In this document: positions 32,566-40,872 of the stretch, piece by piece | How positions within the stretch are numbered: position 1 is the first letter of the stretch | Layout: each line of letters opens with the position of its first letter | Source: an uncultured cyanobacterium | GTDB lineage: Bacteria; Cyanobacteriota; Cyanobacteriia; Pseudanabaenales; Pseudanabaenaceae | NCBI GenBank assembly: GCA_963703315.1 | Contig: OY969811.1 | Location: 3,904,001-3,968,000 of the forward strand | Direction: 5' to 3' | DNA length: 64,000 nucleotides | Position numbers and translations under genes: made by a program | Notes under the pieces: model-generated | Told to the model about the DNA's origin: nothing | Databases searched by the model: none | What the model saw: only the letters and a program-made list of their open reading frames with translations

Positions 32566-32807
32566 GGAATTGAAGTACTAAATTTAACTGAATCACCAGT
32601 CTGAAACCTCAGAGCTACTTGATGTAGTCTGAATTGCCGTCCCCCAGATAAATATTAGAATTTACGCACTAAGTCTCAGAAGTAGAAGCAGTTGATGAAT
32701 TGACCCTGCTGTAAAGCAAGGATTTCACTATATTTTTGCGTAAGCCCTAAATATCTTAAAACACTTGCCTCGGATTTAAAGTCTCGGTAATTTGGATTAC
32801 ATGAATC

Positions 32808-32851
32808 ACCATAATTAAAATAGATCAAACTCCGTTGTAGCGTATGATACA
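32808..32851 (-). promoter_or_regulatory. NtcA-type promoter: GTA-N8-TAC (32837-32850), 23-nt spacer, TA-N3-T -10 box (TATGGT, 32813-32808)
   Basis: tGTAgcgtatgaTACa on the + strand; spacing to the minus-strand -10 box matches the canonical NtcA-activated layout. Confidence 0.6.
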
Positions 32852-32876
32852 CAATTCTTAATTGTTTGGGATATTT

Positions 32877-35120
32877 TCACTCAACTGACACAAGAGCGCC
32901 TAACAGATTACTATCATCAAGTATGGCATTGGTCATGTCCGCATTCCGCAAATCTGCACCCCGCAAATCTGCACCCCGCAAATCTGACCATTGTAAATCT
33001 GCATATTGGAAGTTCACACCCCGTAAATCTGCACCCCGTAAATTTGCATATTGGAAATTCGCATAGCTGCAATTACTTCCATTCAACGCTACTCCACTAA
33101 AGTCTACTTGCTGTAAGTCCGCTTCTACAAAATCTGCACCCCGTAAGTTTAAGCCTGCAAAATTACGTTCGCCTTTTTGGTATTGATTAAGTAATGTCTG
33201 CACAGTTACAGGCGCAAAACTAGCGATCGCTTTTATATTCTCTATATTTATATGATCTGGATTATCTGTGCCAGAAGCTACTAAGGATGAGCTATTGGAG
33301 GCAGAAAGTTGTGAAGCCTCAGAATTGTCGCCTAACTCATCAATAATCCGTAATACACCAATAATCTTGCCATTAGGATCATGGACAAGTACTGTTGACA
33401 TATTTACATCAGTCCAATTACCATCCCGAAGTTGGAAAGGCATCTTCACTGCATCTAGCGGTTTACCAGCTAAAGTGTCGAGAATTGCTGCTTGTAATTC
33501 CAAGGCTTGAGATTCGGGGATAATAGGTGAGGGATAGCTCATAATTGCGGAGTTATTCCAAGCAAATAGTTTCTCTGCGGCAGAGTTCCATAATAAAACC
33601 TTGCCACTAGGACTAATGATATCGATCGCTACAGGGACAGCCTTAATTACCGCTTTTAATAGCTCATTGGTACGTTGCAGACTAGCTTCCGCTTCACCCC
33701 TTTCACTAATATCAATACATACACCATCGGCAAAAATTACTCCCGAATCAGTACGATAATAGCGGGTGATATTTTGCGCCCACTTCACTTCTCCAGAGAG
33801 AGAAATAATCCGAAACTCATGGCGGAAAGTGGCAAGTTTATCAAAGCCAGCTTTGATTAAAGCTTTAAATTGATCGACATCTTCAGGATGAATTAAATCT
33901 AGTAATTGATTGGGATTCGAGATTACTTGTCTAGGTGCAATCCCAATTAGATCGGTTAACCCATCACTGATAAATGGAATTGAAATTTTTCCTTCGGGAG
34001 TAATTGCCAAGCGATAGAGGGTTGCGGGCATACTTGAGGCGATCGCCGCTAACCGTGATTCACTTTCTTGCAACGCTGCTTCCGTGCGCTTGCGTTCGGT
34101 AATATCACGGGAGTTAATCACCAATCCCTGTACGTTAGCATCTTGCAAAAGGTTGCAGCAAACTGACTCTAAATAAATCCAATCCCCATTAATATGCTGA
34201 TAACGCATCACAATCGGTGTGGATACGGCAAAATTATCAACGGATTGAGTTAAAAAGTTCTGAAAAACTGGTAGGTCTTCAGGATGGATAAATCGGATAA
34301 ATTTTTTATCGATTACATCTTCGGGCATATAGCCTAAAGTTTTAAAAATGGCAGGACTGCAATAGTGAATTGTGGTATCAATATCGAGGATATTCACAAT
34401 ATCCGAAGAATGCTGCATTATTGCTCGTAATTTTGATTCGTTGCGGATCAAATTGCGAGAAATACGTCGTTGTTCTTCTCTTTCTACCCGAATCTGACGA
34501 TCCATTAGATTCAACTTAGCATTCATTTCAGCAACTCGAATTTCTAAGCGTTGATGAGAATGCTGTAATTTATCAACTTCTTGTTTACGTTGGGTAATAT
34601 CTTGAATCCACCAACGCATTCCAATTACTTTGCCATCTAAGGCGCGAATGCTGATAATCGTAAAGCTGGCATCAAAGGGCTGACCTGTCGGGAACTGCAT
34701 CCGAAAATCTAGGCTTTTAATGTTTTGTCCTCTCTGTAGCTGTCCAATTAATCTTTGGAACTGCTCTTTGTAAGAAGGATAAACAAAGTTTTCGAGATTT
34801 TTATTCAGAGGTTGCTCGCCAAACATCAAGGTCGCAGCACGGTTTGCCTCCAGAATGTCACCATTAGCGTCGGTCACAAAATAGCCGTCAGGAGCAAAGT
34901 CAAACAATTCCCGATATTTATCGAGTTCCCCAGCTAGCGATCGCTGACGCACTTCTAATTCCGTTAAAGTAGTACGCAAAACATTGCTAGCATCTTCTAG
35001 ATTAAGATTTCTAGTCTCAATTTCTTCAGAAGATGCTACGGGTAATGCTGCAATATGCTCTAGCTCTTGCAGTTGCTGAATCGAGTTTTCGATTAGTTCG
35101 AGACAGAGGCGCATTCCCAT
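32877..35120 (-). CDS. multi-PAS sensor protein with C-terminal pentapeptide repeats and no recognisable kinase or cyclase
   Basis: Four PAS/PAC-like units (DITQRK, IHPED, RDITERK, DISER), then LL..Y..GERNF and A[DN]LRG repeats. Confidence 0.85.
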   Translation of the reverse strand: MGMRLCLELIENSIQQLQELEHIAALPVASSEEIETRNLNLEDASNVLRTTLTELEVRQRSLAGELDKYRELFDFAPDGYFVTDANGDILEANRAATLMFGEQPLNKNLENFVYPSYKEQFQRLIGQLQRGQNIKSLDFRMQFPTGQPFDASFTIISIRALDGKVIGMRWWIQDITQRKQEVDKLQHSHQRLEIRVAEMNAKLNLMDRQIRVEREEQRRISRNLIRNESKLRAIMQHSSDIVNILDIDTTIHYCSPAIFKTLGYMPEDVIDKKFIRFIHPEDLPVFQNFLTQSVDNFAVSTPIVMRYQHINGDWIYLESVCCNLLQDANVQGLVINSRDITERKRTEAALQESESRLAAIASSMPATLYRLAITPEGKISIPFISDGLTDLIGIAPRQVISNPNQLLDLIHPEDVDQFKALIKAGFDKLATFRHEFRIISLSGEVKWAQNITRYYRTDSGVIFADGVCIDISERGEAEASLQRTNELLKAVIKAVPVAIDIISPSGKVLLWNSAAEKLFAWNNSAIMSYPSPIIPESQALELQAAILDTLAGKPLDAVKMPFQLRDGNWTDVNMSTVLVHDPNGKIIGVLRIIDELGDNSEASQLSASNSSSLVASGTDNPDHINIENIKAIASFAPVTVQTLLNQYQKGERNFAGLNLRGADFVEADLQQVDFSGVALNGSNCSYANFQYANLRGADLRGVNFQYADLQWSDLRGADLRGADLRNADMTNAILDDSNLLGALVSVE

Positions 35121-35163
35121 ACAGCATCCATGATTTAATCAGTCTTTACTAAGGTCTATATAG

Positions 35164-35280
35164 TATAGCAACCATCAAAGGACACTTTCATGAGTTAATT
35201 TTGCTTACCTGCTTATATAGTTATCCATAAAGAGAGTAGTGGCGCTACTCTCTTTATGGGTTTTGATGGCGATCGCTATA
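35164..35280. mobile_element. MITE-like TATAGC...GCTATA element with inner hairpin (35225-35259)
   Basis: tatagcaaccatcaaa ... tttgatggcgatcgctata. Confidence 0.55.
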
Positions 35281-35317
35281 CAATAAAAATAACCCATAAG
35301 TTCAGGAGCCAAAGCCA

Positions 35318-36028
35318 ATGGTCAGCCAACTGAGCAAACCGCACATCATTTATCCCGAAAGCGATGGGAAACCTATGGCAGACAATACGAAACAGTTTGA
35401 ACTGATTGTCGAAATTAAAAAAGGGTTGGATCTACTTTTCATAAATGATCCGCAAGTATTCATCGCTGGCGATCTGTTTTGGTATCCCGTAGAAGGTCAA
35501 CCGAAAATTGTGACTGCACCTGATGTGATGGTAGCGATCGGTCGTCCTAAAGGAGATCGAGGTTCTTATAAACAATGGGAAGAAAACAATATTGCTCCCC
35601 AAATTGTATTTGAAATTCTCTCACCTGCTAACAGTCGCGCTGAGATGAGCAAAAAGCTGCTCTTTTTTGAGCGTTATGGTGTGGAGGAATATTATCTTTA
35701 TGACCCTGAAGAAAATGTTCTCGAAGTTTGGCAGCGAACCTCTGATGGGTTAGCTTTGATGGATTTTACCGATAGCTGGACTAGTCCCCGCCTTGGCATC
35801 CGTCTAGATATTACTTCAGGCAGACTGCAACTTTATAATGCTGATGGCACAAAATTTTACTCATATATTGAGGTGAGTTTAATGCTTGAGCAGGAGCGTC
35901 AACGTGCTGACCTAGAGAGCCAAAGGGCTGATCTAGAAAGTCAGCGTGCCGACCAAATTAGTCAGCAACTTGCGGAGATGGAGGAGAAGCTTAAACAATA
36001 TCGCGATCGCTTTGGGGATCTTTCCTGA
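35318..36028 (+). CDS. Uma2-family endonuclease-fold protein with repetitive coiled-coil tail
   Basis: YPESDGKPMADNT.QF, APDVMV, FEILSP, YGVEEYYLYDP; QRADLES repeats. Confidence 0.92.
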   Translation: MVSQLSKPHIIYPESDGKPMADNTKQFELIVEIKKGLDLLFINDPQVFIAGDLFWYPVEGQPKIVTAPDVMVAIGRPKGDRGSYKQWEENNIAPQIVFEILSPANSRAEMSKKLLFFERYGVEEYYLYDPEENVLEVWQRTSDGLALMDFTDSWTSPRLGIRLDITSGRLQLYNADGTKFYSYIEVSLMLEQERQRADLESQRADLESQRADQISQQLAEMEEKLKQYRDRFGDLS

Positions 36029-36069
36029 TTAAAAAAACAAGCGGCGCATAGCGCCGCTTGTTTTTTTAA
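36029..36069. terminator. hairpin with A/T tails between convergent genes; likely bidirectional terminator
   Basis: taaaaaaacaagcggcgc-ata-gcgccgcttgttttttta. Confidence 0.8.
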
Positions 36070-37463
36070 CGTAAGGTGATATTACGATTAGGTACTTTTT
36101 TTTGTGGTTTAGCGGGTGACTTAGTTGGTGTTGACGAAGATGTCTTGGTCACAGGATGCCGATCGCCACGATCGCTTTGTCCACGTCGGGGTTGATGCTT
36201 CGATTGTCTACCAACTTGGATTGGCTCAGGCTTAGCACGAGGATCAGGATCAAAGCCATCAATAATTTCTTGAGGCAGCGATCGCTTGATTAATTTCTCA
36301 ATATCTGAGAGGAATTTGCGCTCATCCACACATACTAGTGAGATGGCTTCACCTGATGAGCCAGCACGACCTGTGCGCCCGATGCGATGCACATAGTCTT
36401 CGGGGACATTGGGCAACTCGTAATTCACCACATGGGGAAGTTCGCTGATATCTAAGCCACGCGCCGCGATATCTGTCGCCACTAAGACTTGCAAACTGCC
36501 ATCCTTGAATTTGCCGAGGGCGCGAGTCCGCGCCGCTTGACTTTTGTTGCCATGAATTGCCATCGCCACGATGTCATCTTGATGCAATTGCTTAACGAGG
36601 CGATCGGCTCCATGCTTGGTGCGGGTAAAGACTAAGACCTGATACCAATTGTGGGTTTTAATTAAATGCGTGAGTAATTCTCGCTTGCGATCGCGATCGA
36701 CAGGAAAAATCCTTTGGGTCACCAAATCCGCCGTTGCATTCTGAGGCGCAACTTCAACTAGTACAGGCTGATTTAGCAAGGTACTGGCAAAGGATTTGAT
36801 TTCATTAGAAAAAGTGGCTGAAAACAGCAAATTTTGGCGTTGCTTAGGTAATAGAGCCAAGATCTTTTTAATATCACGAATGAAGCCCATGTCCAACATC
36901 CGATCAGCTTCATCAAGTACCAAGATCTCGACTTTAGATAAATCTAATCTGCCTTGCTGTACATGATCTAGCAAGCGTCCTGGAGTTGCCACTAAGATTT
37001 CTACACCGCCTCTGAGGCGATTGATTTGTGGATTAATATTCACGCCGCCATAAATTACCATTGATTGCAAAGGCAAATGGCGACCATAGGTTTTGACACT
37101 TTCTTCGACTTGGGCGGCGAGTTCGCGGGTAGGTGTGAGGATCAAGGCGCGAATGGGAATTTTGCCAGTAGGCGATCGCTTGACGACCTTATTAGATAGC
37201 AAATGCAAAATTGGCAGGGTAAATCCTGCGGTTTTACCAGTACCTGTCTGTGCGCCTGCCAGCAAATCTTGACCTGAAAGAACAACGGGGATCGCTTGTG
37301 ACTGAATTGGTGTAGGGTCGGTATAGCCTCGTGCAGCGACAGCACGCACAATTTGCTCAGATAAACCTAGGGCTGCAAAACCCTGTGCTGAGGCGATCGG
37401 TGCAGAAGATTTATGAGGTACAGAAGATTTCTTTACAGGAAAGGTAATTACAGAAGAAGACAT
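36066..37463 (-). CDS. rhlE: DEAD-box RNA helicase, RhlE/CrhC-like
   Basis: [34 protein letters not shown]. Confidence 0.9.
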   Translation of the reverse strand: MSSSVITFPVKKSSVPHKSSAPIASAQGFAALGLSEQIVRAVAARGYTDPTPIQSQAIPVVLSGQDLLAGAQTGTGKTAGFTLPILHLLSNKVVKRSPTGKIPIRALILTPTRELAAQVEESVKTYGRHLPLQSMVIYGGVNINPQINRLRGGVEILVATPGRLLDHVQQGRLDLSKVEILVLDEADRMLDMGFIRDIKKILALLPKQRQNLLFSATFSNEIKSFASTLLNQPVLVEVAPQNATADLVTQRIFPVDRDRKRELLTHLIKTHNWYQVLVFTRTKHGADRLVKQLHQDDIVAMAIHGNKSQAARTRALGKFKDGSLQVLVATDIAARGLDISELPHVVNYELPNVPEDYVHRIGRTGRAGSSGEAISLVCVDERKFLSDIEKLIKRSLPQEIIDGFDPDPRAKPEPIQVGRQSKHQPRRGQSDRGDRHPVTKTSSSTPTKSPAKPQKKVPNRNITLR

Positions 37464-37518
37464 AGAACTCCAAATTGTGTATTCGGTCTGTCGCTGTTAG
37501 CGAGGCAATTTTGTAGTC

Positions 37519-37619
37519 ATACCAATTCTTAGAGTTTTGCGACATTCCTAAGAATCTAAAACCTTACCCAGAGGGATTTTAAAGCTTCAAAGATGGGGTT
37601 GCCATTTTTGAAATTGGTG
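37519..37619. mobile_element. degenerate ATACCAA-end double-hairpin element in the helicase upstream region
   Basis: ataccaatt...aattggtgt ends; same layout as the 6484 and 61212 elements. Confidence 0.55.
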
Positions 37620-37772
37620 TCAGACGGATCAGAGACAGAAATATAACGTGACAGCAGTATCAATAACTGGGAGCAGATACTGTAGGGTTAAATCTTAGCA
37701 TTAAATTACGGGATTATCGTCGCTTTTTGTCAACTTTCCTGATATAGCAAAGCAAGTTTTGCTTAGGACATA

Positions 37773-37825
37773 AAACCCAAGAAGCGCGTGGCGGCGCGAA
37801 GCGCCGCCACGCGCTTCTTGGGTTT
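37773..37825. repeat. perfect hairpin, 25-bp arms, GC-GAA-GC core, preceded by a TATAGC...AGGACA left end
   Basis: aaacccaagaagcgcgtggcggcgc-gaa-gcgccgccacgcgcttcttgggttt. Confidence 0.9.
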
Positions 37826-37856
37826 CTATTACAGCGCATTGCGCTGCAAATTCTCA

Positions 37857-38780
37857 TTAATTTAGAGCTACTGTTTCATGGAAATAGTTGTAATCAAGAT
37901 AGCGATGTCCATCTTTGCTGGTGTGAATTACATCCACAAAGCGGCGATCGCCTAAAATCTGTGGTGATGAATACATATGCCGAGCATGAATCGTTCCTGA
38001 GATCGTTTCATCAACACCCGTGAGAGACACGAGAACTTGAGCATTTAATCGCTGCATTGTTTCCATACCCATGCCATACAGAGGACTACTTTCATCAATC
38101 GTATGCATCACTGTCCAAGATAGAAGAAATACAGGAGAATGATCGCGCACTAACTTCAGTTCATGCAATCGCCGCATCATTTGCCCTTCGGAAGTTATTT
38201 CATCAATCATTAAGTACACTCTTAATCTTGCTTCGAGAATATTGTTCCGTCGTTCATTCGCTGTGCGAAACATGAGCGTAGGAACGCCATTGTAATCATT
38301 AATAGTCGCTACATGACTAAACATCACACGGGAAGAGGATTTGGCGAATCTGGTAAAGGCTATTCCCGTAATTACAGCAAATAACATTAAACTAGCGATC
38401 GATTCCAATGTAACAATTAGATTGGAATAAAGTGTATCTGGATGCATGACTCCATAACCAATAGAGGCAAGGGTTTGGACACTAAAGAAAAAAGCCTCCA
38501 AAAAACCAATATCTTTAATTCCACCGATCGCATTGCTATCTAGTAAGTAGAGCATTGCAAATACGGCATTGAGAAAGATATCAAAAACGACCACGATCGC
38601 AAAAAATCCAAGCCAAGGCATTGTTAACAGAAGATGATAGGGATCGCGAAAATAGGAATACCAATTATTTCCACCGACAACTTGGAGAATGCCATCACGC
38701 TGTTCTAATTTGATTAAAGGACGATGCAGCTTACGTTTGATTCTCATATACGACTTGCCTACACATTGGCTTTCCTTCAT
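37857..38780 (-). CDS. inward-rectifier potassium channel (KirBac family)
   Basis: AFFFSVQTLASIGYG selectivity filter, two TM helices, FR.ANER.N, SWTVMH.IDESSPL; start uncertain (38780 or 38747). Confidence 0.92.
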   Translation of the reverse strand: MKESQCVGKSYMRIKRKLHRPLIKLEQRDGILQVVGGNNWYSYFRDPYHLLLTMPWLGFFAIVVVFDIFLNAVFAMLYLLDSNAIGGIKDIGFLEAFFFSVQTLASIGYGVMHPDTLYSNLIVTLESIASLMLFAVITGIAFTRFAKSSSRVMFSHVATINDYNGVPTLMFRTANERRNNILEARLRVYLMIDEITSEGQMMRRLHELKLVRDHSPVFLLSWTVMHTIDESSPLYGMGMETMQRLNAQVLVSLTGVDETISGTIHARHMYSSPQILGDRRFVDVIHTSKDGHRYLDYNYFHETVALN

Positions 38781-38823
38781 GGTAATATGGGCGGCGCTTC
38801 GCGCAGTCCATCCTAAACTTAAC

Positions 38824-39537
38824 ATGACTCAAGTTCATACATATTCTGATCTAGTTACAGGTCGTCTGATCAGTCGCTACAAACGTTTCTTTGCTGATAT
38901 AGAACTAGAGAATGGTGAAATAATTACTGCCCACTGTGCGAATACAGGTCCAATGACAGGTGTCTGTGAAATTGGCAGTCCCGTTTTAGTTTCCTATCAC
39001 CCTAGTCCTAAACGCAAACTCGCCTATAGTTGGGAAGCAATATATCTAGATAATGAATGGATAGGTGTGAATACCAGTCTTCCTAATCGCGTAATTGGGA
39101 ATATGCTCGATCGCCATTTAATTCCAGAACTAGAGCCATATACAACTGTGAAAGGTGAAGTAGCCTATGGCAATGAGAAGAGTCGCATTGATTTTCTCTT
39201 AACTGACTCTAATAGCGGTAAAAGAACCTATCTGGAAGTCAAAAATACAACTTGGTGTCTGGGCAATTTGGCTCTGTTTCCTGATACGGTGACAACGCGA
39301 GGACAAAAACACCTGCGTGAATTGATGTCTGTAATTACTGAAGATACTAGCGCCGCTTTAATCTTTTTTATTAATCGTGGCGATTGCGATCGCTTTGCCG
39401 CAGGCGCACAGGCTGATCCTGAATATGGGAGATTACTTAATCAGGCGATCGCTAAAGGCGTAAAAATCTTACCCTGTCGATTTGCGATCGAGCCAACAAA
39501 AATTACATATCTGGGCTTAGCCGAAACCCAGAAGTAA
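38824..39537 (+). CDS. sfsA: sugar fermentation stimulation protein / nuclease SfsA
   Basis: RYKRFFAD, AHCANTGPM, SRIDFLL, LEVK, FPD.VT.RGQKHL.EL; start set at ATG 38824. Confidence 0.93.
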   Translation: MTQVHTYSDLVTGRLISRYKRFFADIELENGEIITAHCANTGPMTGVCEIGSPVLVSYHPSPKRKLAYSWEAIYLDNEWIGVNTSLPNRVIGNMLDRHLIPELEPYTTVKGEVAYGNEKSRIDFLLTDSNSGKRTYLEVKNTTWCLGNLALFPDTVTTRGQKHLRELMSVITEDTSAALIFFINRGDCDRFAAGAQADPEYGRLLNQAIAKGVKILPCRFAIEPTKITYLGLAETQK

Positions 39538-39568
39538 GTTGCGGCTAATTCTTGCTTTGCTGAATCAT

Positions 39569-39609
39569 AAAAAAACAGAAAGAGTGCTTAGCACTCTTTC
39601 TGTTTTTTT
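39569..39609. terminator. hairpin with T-tail downstream of sfsA
   Basis: aaaaaaacagaaagagtgc-tta-gcactctttctgttttttt. Confidence 0.75.
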
Positions 39610-39861
39610 GTTGAGTTTAGGTGTTAGCTACCAGTAAAAGGTTTAACCATTTTCCAGAATGTGTAAGGAACACCAAAACTCAGAGCAAAACAAACTGCAA
39701 ATTCTGCCATAGGTCAATCGGTATGTCTTGTGTAAAAAGGTTTAGTTTATTTGAAGTGTTGCCAAATGCAACCTTAGAACTACACCATACAACTTTATTT
39801 AGGGTTTGGCTATATCCAGTTGGGGGATGCTTTTAATGCAAGAGATAGCTACGAAAAATCA

Positions 39862-40005
39862 AAAACCGAAATAAATGAAGGCGTTGCTTCGCAACGCCTT
39901 CATTTATTTCGGTTTTATCTCCTCAGCAAAAATTTTTTTGTTTAGGACACAAAACCCAATAAGAGAGTTGCGGCGCGGAGCGCCGCAACTCTCTTATTGG
40001 GTTTT
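39862..40005. repeat. two perfect 26-bp-arm triloop hairpins (39862-39916, 39951-40005)
   Basis: Cores gcgttgc-ttc-gcaacgc and gcggcgc-gga-gcgccgc, with AAAACC/GGTTTT ends. Confidence 0.9.
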
Positions 40006-40195
40006 AGTTTGTACTAACTACTGCTTTGCTATACCTTGTTTTTGGTGTGGGTAAGTTGCATTTGATCTAAATTTCATGTCAAATATGTCAAACTTTTTCG
40101 CCAAATTATCCAACTTGTGATAGTCTGTCTCCCTGACGGGGTTACTCCTAAAGACTAAGTAAATAAATCTTTTAAATCGTTTCTCACATAAGGAA

Positions 40196-40714
40196 GTGAT
40201 ATCTGTGAAAAATCTAACTAAATTATTGCTTGGCTTAACTGCCTTGAGTATCGCGATCGCTCCTCCCTCAGCCCAAGCGCAACCAGCCTATGGTAGTTAT
40301 GTAGGTGCTGGTGCAAGTTTTGGATTCACAAACGGTAACAACAGTTTAGGTGAATCATCGCGTACTTCTGGATTAGTGGCTGCTCGATATAAGTTTTTGG
40401 AATTTCCTGTTTCGGTCAGAACCCAAATCTTGATCGGTAACAGTACCGCAGTAGTTCCTACTGTTTCTTTTGATGTGCCACTAAACTTTGATGCTGATGT
40501 GTATATTGGGGCGGGTGTAGCATTATCGAACACTGTTGATACAACTCCAGTGGGCAACAAAAACAGCTTTGTGATCCAGCCTGGTATTGATTACACGCTA
40601 CCGAACAGTAACCTTGTCCTTTTTGGTAACGTTATTTTTGCCTTCGATGCCTATCGTAATTCCCCTGGCACATCAGCAACCTCATTGCAAACTGGTTTGG
40701 GTCTAAGATTTTAG
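40196..40714 (+). CDS. small outer-membrane beta-barrel protein
   Basis: Signal peptide AQA, alternating beta-strands, C-terminal GLGLRF. Confidence 0.8.
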   Translation: MISVKNLTKLLLGLTALSIAIAPPSAQAQPAYGSYVGAGASFGFTNGNNSLGESSRTSGLVAARYKFLEFPVSVRTQILIGNSTAVVPTVSFDVPLNFDADVYIGAGVALSNTVDTTPVGNKNSFVIQPGIDYTLPNSNLVLFGNVIFAFDAYRNSPGTSATSLQTGLGLRF

Positions 40715-40740
40715 TAAGGCTTTGCAAAAAATCATGACTA

Positions 40741-40785
40741 TAAACAAAAGAAAGGCGACGCATTGCGTCGCCTTTCTTTTGTTTA
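40741..40785. terminator. perfect 21-bp-arm hairpin after the outer-membrane protein gene
   Basis: taaacaaaagaaaggcgacgc-att-gcgtcgcctttcttttgttta. Confidence 0.75.
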
Positions 40786-40872
40786 TCCCAAAGATGAATG
40801 CACCGCAACTCTCTTTGGGTTTTTCTTGGTAGGATGCAAGTAACCTCTAACATCAGAGTAATTCAGAGCAAT

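Noticed and set aside
38689..38825. Overlapping N-termini of sfsA and the Kir channel as given by the ORF track
   Set aside because: Recognisable SfsA sequence begins at ATG 38824 and the channel has downstream ATGs (38780, 38747); the overlap comes from longest-ORF calling.
39621..39836. 71-aa plus-strand ORF
   Set aside because: GTG start, no SD, no recognisable composition or motif.
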